This document shows positions 18,800 to 26,736 of a stretch of DNA of 41,993 bases, one piece after another. The notes under the pieces are model-generated. The model searched no databases. It was not told the DNA's origin and saw only the letters and a program-made list of their open reading frames with translations. Numbering within the stretch: the stretch's first letter is position 1; each line of letters starts with the position of its first letter. The translations under genes and the position numbers were made by a program. Source of the stretch: a virus (taxonomy: Duplodnaviria; Caudoviricetes); the IMG/VR virus record IMGVR_UViG_3300044728_000134, positions 1-41,993 of that record; one strand, given 5' to 3'.

Positions 18800-19257
18800 A
18801 GGGACTACCACCACAAACGGACTGGCCGAAGTGGATGCAGCTCGCGGCGGCGGACGTCGGCGTGCGTGAACTGCCGGGCGTGGCGACGCATCCACGTATT
18901 GCCACGTATTATCAGCACACCCACCTGCCGGGCGACCCCGAGGACGGCGCCACAGCTTGGTGCTCGGCAGCGATGTGCTGCTGGCTCGACGAGGCCGGCT
19001 ACGTCAGCACGAACAAGGCGAACGCGCGCAGCTGGCTCAGCTGGGGCCAGGAGCTCAAAGAGCCTCGCCTGGGTTGTGTCACCGTCTTCAGTCGTGGGAA
19101 CCCCAGCAGCTTGCAGGGACACGTGTCGCTGTACGTCAGCGACGCAGGCTTCGGGAAGCTGCTCGTGCTCGGCGGCAACCAGCGCAACAGCGTGAGCTTC
19201 TCGCTCTATGACAGGGCTCGCGTGCTCAGCTTCCGATGGCCGACTGAACAGTTGTGA
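18796..19257 (+). CDS. TIGR02594-family (NlpC/P60/CHAP-like) endolysin
   Basis: 'GVRELPG...HPRI...AWCSA...ARSWLSWG...G(C)VTVFSRG...GHV...LGGNQ'; Cys and His catalytic pair present; GTG start with GGAGG RBS. Confidence 0.85.
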   Translation: MKGLPPQTDWPKWMQLAAADVGVRELPGVATHPRIATYYQHTHLPGDPEDGATAWCSAAMCCWLDEAGYVSTNKANARSWLSWGQELKEPRLGCVTVFSRGNPSSLQGHVSLYVSDAGFGKLLVLGGNQRNSVSFSLYDRARVLSFRWPTEQL

Positions 19258-19292
19258 GGTAGATTACAAACAGTCAGATCGGAGGTCGTCAC

Positions 19293-19511
19293 ATGGACCC
19301 GCGCGCGATGCAGCTGCTTCAGGTCGCACTGGGTGTGCTCTGCTGGATGGCTGCGGTGGCGACCCTGTTCGCCCCCAAGGACACGGGCGGCGCGTTCAAC
19401 ATCCTGTCGACGGCGGGGACAGCGATGATCATGAACGCGATCCCGAGCCTCGCGGAAATCGCCAAGGCGAAGCGGGCGAACAGCGAGCCGCCGCCACCGG
19501 TCGTAAAATGA
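19293..19511 (+). CDS. Putative holin
   Basis: 72 aa, two hydrophobic segments and a basic C-terminus, directly after the endolysin; GGAGG RBS. Confidence 0.55.
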   Translation: MDPRAMQLLQVALGVLCWMAAVATLFAPKDTGGAFNILSTAGTAMIMNAIPSLAEIAKAKRANSEPPPPVVK

Positions 19512-19858
19512 CCGACGAGTCGCGGGCTGTGCTGAGCACCAAGATCAGCGCCCGGGCCAACCAGCTCGTGCGTGACATCGTGGTCGGCTTCTTCCAGCAC
19601 ATCGGGACGCCGGAGCGCGTGCTCAGCAACCAGCACGTCACGGCGCTGCGCGTGCTGGTCGGCATGGCGTTGCGCGAGGCGGCGATGATCGGCGTCGAGT
19701 ACGCCCAGCGGAAGATCGCACCTTCGCCGGCAGGCCGGACGCAGACGCCGAAGGTGCCGCACCCGGCCCGGGCCACCGACACGCCGCTCGCGTTCGACGA
19801 CAAGACCACCGACCGGATGCCGCGCCGGTCCGATCACGCCGACTTCGGCGACGAGTAG
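19508..19858 (+). CDS. Hypothetical protein
   Basis: ATGA coupling to the holin; last gene of the rightward late operon. Confidence 0.5.
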   Translation: MTDESRAVLSTKISARANQLVRDIVVGFFQHIGTPERVLSNQHVTALRVLVGMALREAAMIGVEYAQRKIAPSPAGRTQTPKVPHPARATDTPLAFDDKTTDRMPRRSDHADFGDE

Positions 19859-20044
19859 CTACTCCTGCGCCGTCAGGCCGTAGCGGCGCTCGAGCGTCTC
19901 CAGGCCCTCGTAGAGAGCCATCCGGATCACGGCGCTGACCGACATGCGGACGGCGCGAAACTCCGCGTCCTTCGAGACCTCCGCGAGCAGCCGCTCGAGC
20001 CGTGGCCCGAGCTCTGCAGGGAACCGCAGGGGCAGCCGCTTCAT
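19859..20044 (-). CDS. Ribbon-helix-helix (CopG/Arc-like) regulator
   Basis: 'MKRLPLRFPAELGPRLERL...SVSAVIRMAL' beta-alpha-alpha pattern; 61 aa; GAGG RBS. Confidence 0.65.
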   Translation of the reverse strand: MKRLPLRFPAELGPRLERLLAEVSKDAEFRAVRMSVSAVIRMALYEGLETLERRYGLTAQE

Positions 20045-20529
20045 GCCGGCCTCGGCTTCTGTGCGAGCTGCCGGTCCACGACCTTTGCGGCTTCTCTTCG
20101 AGGCAGGCTTCGCTCGCGCGCCACGGTTGTAACGGTGCCCTGCGGCTGTGGAACGTCTTCGTGGGCGAGGATGCATGCTGTGGCTACAGCATTGATGCAG
20201 ATTAGATACAAAAGCGCAAGGAGGGCCAGCCACGGCGTGGGCGCGAGCACCATGACCCCCTCGAGCGCGATCACGAGGTAGACAGGTTTGTCGGCGCGGC
20301 GCGTTGCGCTCCGACCCCACTCCCAGACCGTGCTCACGCTGAACAGCACGCATGCGGCTACGACCGGCACCATGGGGTGCAGCAGGTCGCGTGCCGTGTG
20401 GATGCTGAGATCGTGGTGCACCGTCCAGTAAGCGGCGAGCGGCGGGAATCCGCCGAGCAAGCCACCCATCAGCGCCGCGTACGGGTGTCGTCGCGCCTGT
20501 CGCCATTGTTCGAGGATCCCTGTGTTCAT
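20041..20529 (-). CDS. Multi-pass membrane protein
   Basis: About four hydrophobic helices and a short basic helical C-terminus; ATGA coupling at both ends. Confidence 0.6.
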   Translation of the reverse strand: MNTGILEQWRQARRHPYAALMGGLLGGFPPLAAYWTVHHDLSIHTARDLLHPMVPVVAACVLFSVSTVWEWGRSATRRADKPVYLVIALEGVMVLAPTPWLALLALLYLICINAVATACILAHEDVPQPQGTVTTVARERSLPRREAAKVVDRQLAQKPRPA

Positions 20530-21014
20530 TGCCCTGCCCCACCCTTTTGCGATTCTTTGTCCGATTGTTTTGTGCTGGGGCTCTGCGAGTTGGCGTCGGC
20601 GACCGCGATCGACGGAGTAGGGGAGGGCCGCACGGCCGCCGCCGCGATCACGGCCAGCACCAGCACGCCCGCGAATGCGAGGATCGCCCAGGGCTTGCGC
20701 TTGGGCGCAAGTTGGTGGTTCGCCACCGCCCACGGGTTCTCGCTGATGAATAGCGCGTACTCGTACTGTGTCTTCGAGCAGGCGCTCTTGAGCGCGTCTG
20801 CCTTCGCCCGAGCCTCGAGCACGCCCAGGGCGCCCATCTGGTTCAGGTAGCGCGCTCGAGCCGCCTCCTCCTGCGCTTCGCGGTCGAAGGCGAAGTAGGC
20901 GACGTTCTTGTCGATCGGCACCTTGTCCCGGAGGACGACGTAGCGCCGGCCCTCGTCGTCTACGCGAACGTCCCTCGGCTCCGGCCCGTCCACTGGCTCC
21001 TCGTCGTCAATCAT
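20526..21014 (-). CDS. Single-pass membrane protein
   Basis: 'KRKPWAILAFAGVLVLAVIAAAAV' TM segment after a helical N-terminal domain. Confidence 0.6.
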   Translation of the reverse strand: MIDDEEPVDGPEPRDVRVDDEGRRYVVLRDKVPIDKNVAYFAFDREAQEEAARARYLNQMGALGVLEARAKADALKSACSKTQYEYALFISENPWAVANHQLAPKRKPWAILAFAGVLVLAVIAAAAVRPSPTPSIAVADANSQSPSTKQSDKESQKGGAGQ

Positions 21015-21312
21015 GGCTGCCCCCTGCGTCCCAGGCCGCCATGCCGGCAGCTTGCAGCGGGTCGGCCAGCACCCTCGCCACCCAGCCGGCGGCGATCAGC
21101 GCGGCGCCCAGCACGCGCAGGCTCAGCCGCCCCAGCACGAGCGCCAGCGCGGCGGAGTTGGTGGCCAGGGCTCCCGACGGGAATCCCGACGGGAATCCCG
21201 AAACTCCCGACGTGCTCCCGATGTGGCCTCCCGAGCGCTCCAAAGCTTGACTCTGGACGCGGACCACGACGGTCACGCCTCCGTTTCGCGTCATCGAGTC
21301 CACGTCACTCAC
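21007..21312 (-). CDS. Small membrane protein
   Basis: Hydrophobic C-terminal half; overlaps both neighbours by 8 nt; contains an SGFP repeat. Confidence 0.45.
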   Translation of the reverse strand: MSDVDSMTRNGGVTVVVRVQSQALERSGGHIGSTSGVSGFPSGFPSGALATNSAALALVLGRLSLRVLGAALIAAGWVARVLADPLQAAGMAAWDAGGSHD

Positions 21313-21481
21313 CCCTGACGCTGGCGATCATCTCCGGCGTCACGTTGCCGAAGTACGTCACCAGCACGAGCACGCCGAGGGCGAGCGCGAGCCAGGAGAA
21401 CTTCTTGTTTGGGTCCTGCCCCAGCGCCAGGCTGAACAGAGTCAGGACGATCAGGACCAGCGGAACGGTTGGGATTGTCAT
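21305..21481 (-). CDS. 58-aa two-TM protein (absent from the ORF track)
   Basis: Translated by hand: MTIPTVPLVLIVLTLFSLALGQDPNKKFSWLALALGVLVLVTYFGNVTPEMIASVRGE*. Confidence 0.65.
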   Translation of the reverse strand: MTIPTVPLVLIVLTLFSLALGQDPNKKFSWLALALGVLVLVTYFGNVTPEMIASVRGE

Positions 21482-21483
21482 GG

Positions 21484-21518
21484 TACAACGTTGTAGCCAA
21501 CCGGCTGCAACGTTGCAA
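21484..21518 (-). promoter_or_regulatory. Sigma70-like promoter overlapped by two 12-bp palindromic operators
   Basis: Minus strand TTGCAA-N17-TACAAC ending 8 nt before ATG 21481; palindromes TACAACGTTGTA (21484-21495) and TGCAACGTTGCA (21506-21517). Confidence 0.6.
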
Positions 21519-21565
21519 CCCCCGCGGGCCGCGCTACTCGCTGAACGGCTTCAGGGCCTCACGCA

Positions 21566-21814
21566 TCAGTGCTCCGCGCCGGCACCATGGGCCGCCACGC
21601 CGCACGCCGCGAGCCGCATACGCTCCGCCTCGCCCGCCTTGGCGAATAGGTCGCGCTCGCGCCTGGCAGCGGCGACCTCGACCTCCAGCGCGTCGATCAC
21701 GTTGTAGACGCAGCCATGGCAATAGTCGGCCGGCTCGCAACCGTCCTCGAGCTGAAAGGTCTTATCGCACTCGCGGCAGACGAGTTCGGATTCGTCTCGT
21801 GTCGGTCTGTTCAT
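21566..21814 (-). CDS. Small Zn-ribbon protein
   Basis: CRECD...YCHGC followed by a coiled coil. Confidence 0.5.
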   Translation of the reverse strand: MNRPTRDESELVCRECDKTFQLEDGCEPADYCHGCVYNVIDALEVEVAAARRERDLFAKAGEAERMRLAACGVAAHGAGAEH

Positions 21815-21922
21815 GGGACCCCCTGAGTCGTGTGTGCTAACAGTGTGCCGGAATCAGCGATCACGGCGGCGTCTGCGGACGCGCCTCGAGGGTCAAACGA
21901 CCCTAAAATCAGCTGAAAAAGC

Positions 21923-21971
21923 GGTGGGCGGGACAGGGATCGAACCTGCGACGTACGCCGTGTAAAGGCGC
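21923..21971 (-). mobile_element. attP core: 3' half of tRNA-Val(TAC)
   Basis: Minus strand GCGCC-TTTACAC-GGCGT anticodon arm, GCAGG-TTCGATC-CCTGT T-arm and CCCGCCC-A-CC acceptor strand; no matching 5' half; immediately downstream of the integrase. Confidence 0.85.
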
Positions 21972-22043
21972 CAGCGCTGCCCGAAAGCGCAATCGAGTCG
22001 GGTAGGTAGCCTACCCCGGATCGCCGTGTGCCAGCTGTGTGCA

Positions 22044-23114
22044 TCACGCCTCCCTTGCCGGTTCTTTGCGCTTCCGGAGCGGCGCCAGCTTGGCGATCGC
22101 CTCGTGCATGTGGTCCCCCTGGCCGACGCGAGCGTAAACGCGCTCGAGCATCCGTGTCGAGCTGTGCCCCATCAGGTGCATCAGGTGCAGAATGGGCACG
22201 CCCGCGATCGCCAGCTGCGTCGCGAACGTCCGCCGCAGGTCGTTCAGGCTGATCTCCGCCTGGCGCAGCTTGCGCCCCCGGTACTCCACCACCCGGACCG
22301 GCTGGAAGCCGGCGCGGGCCGCGTACTGGCGCAGGTCGCGGTCGTAGTTGCCCCAGCGCGCAAACATCGGCGCAGCGCCCCTGCGGCTCCACAGCACGTC
22401 GTAGACCTCGTCGGACATCGGCAGGACGCGGTCGCGCTTGCTCGCCTTGGTGCCGCGCACGCGGACCTCGCGGCGGTCCCAGCTGCAGTCGGAGGCCTCG
22501 ATCCGGTAGAGCTCGGACCGGCTGAGCCCGCAGTGCAGGTACATCACCAGGTAGTCGCGCCGGTGCGCGGGCGTGGCTGTCAGCAGCTGCAGCTGTTCGG
22601 CGCGCAGCAGCCAGCGTTCCTTGGGCGCGTTGTCGGCAAGCTTCGGCATCTTCGGCGGCACGAGGCCGACCGCGCGGAACGCCAGCGCGAGCTCGCGCAG
22701 CTCGCGCTTGACGGTCGGCCGCTGGCGCGTGGCGAGCGCGACCTTGCAGTAGCCGTCGACATCGGTGCACTTCTCGATCGGCGTGTTCGGCTGGAAGTAG
22801 TCGGCCAGCGCGCGCGCCTTCTCGAGCGTGATGTTGATCGTTGCCTGCGAGCGCTTCGCGCGCTCCTTCACTTCGATCAGCGCGTCGACGGCTTGCGCGA
22901 GCGTCGTTGGGCGAGCGACGCGATCTTGGCCCAGCGCAAGCGATTGCTCGATGTCACGGGCAACGATTTCGGCTGTGCGTCGTGACTTGGTGGTGCTGTC
23001 GTCTCGGATGCCGGTGCTGCGTCGGCACTCGCGTCGCTTGCCGTCGGCCCAGTAGTGAGCCCGCACGTACCAGACGCTGTCGCCGTGTCGGAGCTTTCGA
23101 GAGTAGATGTCCAT
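22044..23114 (-). CDS. int: Tyrosine recombinase / integrase with atypical catalytic motifs
   Basis: 'GLSRSEL', 'VRGTK', 'NDLRRTFAT', 'LMGHSS...RVY'; next to the tRNA-derived attP. Confidence 0.9.
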   Translation of the reverse strand: MDIYSRKLRHGDSVWYVRAHYWADGKRRECRRSTGIRDDSTTKSRRTAEIVARDIEQSLALGQDRVARPTTLAQAVDALIEVKERAKRSQATINITLEKARALADYFQPNTPIEKCTDVDGYCKVALATRQRPTVKRELRELALAFRAVGLVPPKMPKLADNAPKERWLLRAEQLQLLTATPAHRRDYLVMYLHCGLSRSELYRIEASDCSWDRREVRVRGTKASKRDRVLPMSDEVYDVLWSRRGAAPMFARWGNYDRDLRQYAARAGFQPVRVVEYRGRKLRQAEISLNDLRRTFATQLAIAGVPILHLMHLMGHSSTRMLERVYARVGQGDHMHEAIAKLAPLRKRKEPAREA

Positions 23115-23284
23115 GGCGCCTCGAGTTGGCGAAGGTAGTTGTCCAGCCGGTGCTTTGGAAGGCGGGTCGCGCGCCCGAGCTTCAGTGCTCCAAGGCGCGT
23201 CATCAGTTCGTAGGAGCTCGACCTTGACAGCGCTGTCACCGCCATTACGTCTCGCACGGTTATCAGTTGCCGCGGTGCGCTCAC
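22877..23284 (-). CDS. Excisionase-like HTH protein
   Basis: 'LITVRDVMAVTALSRSSSYELM...ALKLGRATRLPKHRLDNYL' Xis/AlpA-like; GTG overlaps the upstream stop; reads on into int in another frame. Confidence 0.65.
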   Translation of the reverse strand: MSAPRQLITVRDVMAVTALSRSSSYELMTRLGALKLGRATRLPKHRLDNYLRQLEAPWTSTLESSDTATASGTCGLTTGPTASDASADAAPASETTAPPSHDAQPKSLPVTSSNRLRWAKIASLAQRRSRKPSTR

Positions 23285-23931
23285 GGCTTTACTCGCTTGA
23301 AGCTGATCGCCCAGACCCAAGGATTGTCGGCCCACGCGGCGCGTGGACGCTTGCCGTTGATGTGGTCCCAAAGCTCCGCGTACTGCTTGATCTGCTCTCC
23401 GGCATCGGCCGGACACATGCCGCTGGACATCCGGCAGACGTCGCAGCCGCATCGCGGCACCTCTTGGATGCCTTCGGCGAGCGAGTCGTACTCGTCGATC
23501 TCCTGCACGCGTTGCACCCGCACGTCGGTGACATCGAGCGTGATGCGCGACAGCCCCCGCGGGCAAAACATGCCGGGCAACGCCTTCGGCTTCCAAGGCC
23601 ACGCGTCAGCCACGGTCGGCGTCAGGTCTGCGATGTACACGGACTGTCCGCCGCCGACGTGGCGAATGGCTTCTTTCACCCACAACCGATCGCCGACGAA
23701 GTATGGAATCTTGGTGGACGAGTAGTGGCGGACGTGTCCACCGGTGTCATTGAAAACAACCTGGTCGAAGGTTGGCCAGCTCGGCGAACGCTCGATGGCC
23801 GGTGTCCATCCGGCATGAGCCCAGAACGCGCCACTAGCGTTCTTGATGATCCGGCGCGTCTGCGTCTTCGTGCCGTCGAGCAGCGCGCGCACCATCGGCG
23901 CGCTGAACAGCATGGGAATCTCGCGGCTCAC
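23281..23931 (-). CDS. ASCH-like phage protein
   Basis: 'PMLFSAPMVRALLDGTKTQTRR...GDRLWVKE...SRITLDVTDVRVQRVQEI...W..NPWVWAISF' family signature. Confidence 0.75.
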   Translation of the reverse strand: MSREIPMLFSAPMVRALLDGTKTQTRRIIKNASGAFWAHAGWTPAIERSPSWPTFDQVVFNDTGGHVRHYSSTKIPYFVGDRLWVKEAIRHVGGGQSVYIADLTPTVADAWPWKPKALPGMFCPRGLSRITLDVTDVRVQRVQEIDEYDSLAEGIQEVPRCGCDVCRMSSGMCPADAGEQIKQYAELWDHINGKRPRAAWADNPWVWAISFKRVKP

Positions 23932-24125
23932 GGCCGCACCCTGAGGCTGATCAGCAGCTCCCCAGCCCTCAGCGGGCACCACTCGGGCGCCCAATCATCG
24001 CGGCCATTGATCGCTGTGCCGGTGTAGATCGACGAGTTGCCCTCGCGCAGCGGGTGCTGGCAGAACGCGTTCTCCGCGCACATGGGGCAGCTATCGCATC
24101 CCGTGACCTGATGGAGAACTCTCAC
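23928..24125 (-). CDS. Cys-rich small protein
   Basis: GCDSCPMC...FC...PEWCPL; coupled overlaps. Confidence 0.5.
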   Translation of the reverse strand: MRVLHQVTGCDSCPMCAENAFCQHPLREGNSSIYTGTAINGRDDWAPEWCPLRAGELLISLRVRP

Positions 24126-24502
24126 GGCTCACCTCGCAGCGCGGCTTGCAGCTCGTCCAACACCTGCCGGTAGGTCGCAACCACGTGGACGTTTGCTGTC
24201 AGGCATGGCTTCGTCGAGAAACGCCTCGTAGCCCCCCGCCAGCGCCTCGCCAGCGCCTCGACGCGCGCGCGCTGGCGCCCGAGCTCGAGACAGATGTGAT
24301 AGAGCGTCGCACCCTTGGCTTCGTCGAGCTCCTCGCGCAGCGCGACCACTTCGATCGCGAGGTGTTTGGCGAAGTAAACGCGGTGGATGTACGCGTCGAG
24401 CGGTTCGTCGTCACCCCGCACTTCGGCCTCAGCGTCGGTGTCATATCCTTCGCCAGCGAGTCGAATCCACCGATCAACCAGTTCTTTAGTCGGACGTTCC
24501 AT
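24122..24502 (-). CDS. Hypothetical protein
   Basis: GAGGAGGGG RBS; 126 aa. Confidence 0.55.
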   Translation of the reverse strand: MERPTKELVDRWIRLAGEGYDTDAEAEVRGDDEPLDAYIHRVYFAKHLAIEVVALREELDEAKGATLYHICLELGRQRARVEALARRWRGATRRFSTKPCLTANVHVVATYRQVLDELQAALRGEP

Positions 24503-24511
24503 ATCCCCTCC

Positions 24512-24583
24512 TCAATGCGTGTAGATCTTGAGCGCGACGGCGATCGCCACCGCGTTCCACAGCCAGAAGTAGAAGCGCGTCAC
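24512..24583 (-). CDS. 23-aa hydrophobic peptide
   Basis: MTRFYFWLWNAVAIAVALKIYTH*; GTGA overlap with the upstream peptide. Confidence 0.4.
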   Translation of the reverse strand: MTRFYFWLWNAVAIAVALKIYTH

Positions 24584-24666
24584 GGCCAGGTCTTCCAGAC
24601 GACCAGCGCCCAGACGATCAACGCGGTCACCGCGCACCAGAGCGCGAGCCGTTCGCCGGTTGTCAC
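24580..24666 (-). CDS. 28-aa hydrophobic peptide
   Basis: MTTGERLALWCAVTALIVWALVVWKTWP*; GTGA overlap with the Gp157 stop. Confidence 0.4.
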   Translation of the reverse strand: MTTGERLALWCAVTALIVWALVVWKTWP

Positions 24667-25175
24667 CGGAGCACCAGGTGCTTGGTCTCGACCATCTTGG
24701 CGCCCTCGACCAACTCGCCAGCCTTCAGCGCCTTGGCGATCGCAGTCTTGTTGATGCTGTCCACGCCGCGCTTGACGAAGCGGTCTTCCGCCGACACCAA
24801 GAACTGGCCCTCCCACTCAACCTCCACGTGCGACGACCTCTGGAGGCTGGCAGTGACCGTCGGCGTCTCGATGCGGTCGCGACCCAGCTCGCGCATCGCC
24901 GCGGCAAGGCGCTCCTCGAGCGCGTCTGCGCCGCGCGCGTCGGCCGCTGCGCCCTTGGTGAAGTGCTCGGCCGCCTCTTTGCGCGCTTTGGCCCGCGCGC
25001 GCTTCTCGAGAATGACGATGTGGTACGCCTGCGTCTTGAGCTCGAGGTCGAGCTCGAGCGAGTTCAGCTCGTCGGTGACTTCGCCCTCGTTCTCCTCGAT
25101 GTTCTCGCGGATCGCGGCAACGATGTCGAACAGACGCTGTTTCGGTGCCGCTGGTAGCTGCGTGTCGGTTGTCAT
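24663..25175 (-). CDS. Siphovirus Gp157-family protein
   Basis: Coiled coil, 'RIETPTVTASLQ', and C-terminal 'INKTAIAKALKAGELVEGAKMVETKHLVLR'. Confidence 0.75.
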   Translation of the reverse strand: MTTDTQLPAAPKQRLFDIVAAIRENIEENEGEVTDELNSLELDLELKTQAYHIVILEKRARAKARKEAAEHFTKGAAADARGADALEERLAAAMRELGRDRIETPTVTASLQRSSHVEVEWEGQFLVSAEDRFVKRGVDSINKTAIAKALKAGELVEGAKMVETKHLVLR

Positions 25176-26173
25176 TGCGGTTCTAAGCCCCACGAGGTGT
25201 TGGTGTCTTCGGCCGGCGCACCATGCGTCCGGTCGTGCTCTGCCTGCATCGACTCCGTAATCGGGTCTGCAGGCGCCTTCGCGGCCTCGTCAGCCTTCGC
25301 CAGCGCGCGCTCAGTCTCGGCATCCAGCAGCTCGTCGAAGCGCTTCTGCGCGGCGTCCCGGCTCGCGCTCGCGCCCTTGTGCAGGCGCTCGCGTGTCGGG
25401 TCCTGGATGAGCGCATCCAGGAACGCGATGTAGTCGCCGAGCACGTTTGCCGGCGCTTCTGTGAGCAGCTTCCCCGCCCACGCGTTGTCAGGCCAACCGA
25501 GCCAAAACACCGGACCGACGGGCTTCGACTGCTGCTTGGGCTCTGCAGTCTTCGGCGGCTGCTGGTTGTTCGCCACGAGCTGTGGTCGGTCGTTGTCTGA
25601 CTGCTCCATTTCGACGTCGGAGTAGACGCCGCTCATCTCGTTCGGGAACGCCTTGCGCAGCGCCAGGGACTCCGCGCACTTCGCGAGCTGTCCGGCCGGC
25701 ATGTCGCGCCAGAACTTCGTGGGATTGCCCTCGCGCGTCTTCTGGACGTACTCGCGATAGAGCGCGATCGCCCCCACTGGCTCGATGAAGTCGCGGCGCA
25801 CGACGCGCACGCGCGCGGCTGCCGGCGGCTTGTCGCTCAGCCAAACGTCTTTCCAGACGCCGTCCTCGCCACACCACTCCGGATCTTTGGTGCCGCCGTA
25901 CTTGCCCGTGCGCTCTGCGTTGAGGCGCATGCCGTCGATCGAGACCTGCGCCGCCATCACCTCGCGGCGAAGGGTCGAGTCGTAGCGCTTGACCGCGTAG
26001 ATCTGCTTGGCGAACGGGTCCAGCCGCAGCCGGTTGCAGATGAGCTTGAACAGGTCGAACTCATCGTCCGTAGCGCCCTTGCACAGCGTGTCGCGCAGGA
26101 GCGCGTACTTGCTCTCCGGAATGACCGGGGCGAGCGCGGCGGACTCGACCACCGTTGCGAGTGCCGTAGTCAT
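25172..26173 (-). CDS. bet: Phage recombination protein Bet (RecT/Red-beta family ssDNA annealase)
   Basis: 'LCKGATDDEFDLF...LDPFAKQIYAVK...QVSIDGMR..AERTG.Y.G...W..MP..QLAKCAESLALRKAFP'. Confidence 0.9.
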   Translation of the reverse strand: MTTALATVVESAALAPVIPESKYALLRDTLCKGATDDEFDLFKLICNRLRLDPFAKQIYAVKRYDSTLRREVMAAQVSIDGMRLNAERTGKYGGTKDPEWCGEDGVWKDVWLSDKPPAAARVRVVRRDFIEPVGAIALYREYVQKTREGNPTKFWRDMPAGQLAKCAESLALRKAFPNEMSGVYSDVEMEQSDNDRPQLVANNQQPPKTAEPKQQSKPVGPVFWLGWPDNAWAGKLLTEAPANVLGDYIAFLDALIQDPTRERLHKGASASRDAAQKRFDELLDAETERALAKADEAAKAPADPITESMQAEHDRTHGAPAEDTNTSWGLEPQ

Positions 26174-26418
26174 GCGCACCACCTCGCGAACTGGATGTCA
26201 TCCGTTTTGAGTGCTTCCGCGCACATCTCGGAACCCGACACGGCGCTGCCATTGGCGATCGCGGTCATCACGGCCGCGCGCAACATGTCCTCGCTCGCAT
26301 GCGCCTGCTCGTCGTCTTCTGCTACGGCCTTGATCGCCTCGACGTACTTGCGAACGTCGTCGACGGTGCAGACCTCGGGCGGCATCTTGCCGAGCAACTC
26401 CAGGGCTTCTTTACTCAT
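26170..26418 (-). CDS. Hypothetical phage protein
   Basis: 'DDEQAHASED.L...AIANG...ALKT..I.FARWCA' pattern; coupled to bet. Confidence 0.6.
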   Translation of the reverse strand: MSKEALELLGKMPPEVCTVDDVRKYVEAIKAVAEDDEQAHASEDMLRAAVMTAIANGSAVSGSEMCAEALKTDDIQFARWCA

Positions 26419-26617
26419 GGCCGAGCGCCGTCGCAGGGTTGGAGGTTGCCGTCTTCTTCGAGCGCCGCGTCTTGGGCACGGGCAGCGCGTCGAGCGCGTC
26501 TTGCGCCAGCTTGATGTTCGCGCTGATTTCATCGCGCGTCTTGCGCGCGCGGGCCAAGTCTTCCAGCAGCTCAGAGCGGCGCTTCTCGATCGCTTCGTAC
26601 AGGTCTTCGTGTGCCAT
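26411..26617 (-). CDS. Small coiled-coil protein
   Basis: GAGGAG RBS; MAHEDLYEAIEKRR... Confidence 0.55.
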   Translation of the reverse strand: MAHEDLYEAIEKRRSELLEDLARARKTRDEISANIKLAQDALDALPVPKTRRSKKTATSNPATALGHE

Positions 26618-26736
26618 CTTGCGTGTCTCCTCGCGGGCTACGCTCGCCCGCAAAACGTTTTCGAGTTGGTCCGGCTGCGTGGCCGCTGGCCGCAAGCCCT
26701 GCGCCGTGACTCCGCTCACCCAGCCGGGTCCGCCGC

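Noticed and set aside
21923-22000. Complete phage tRNA-Val gene
   Set aside because: No 5' acceptor strand (GGGCGGG) or D-arm upstream; only the 3' half is present, as expected for attP
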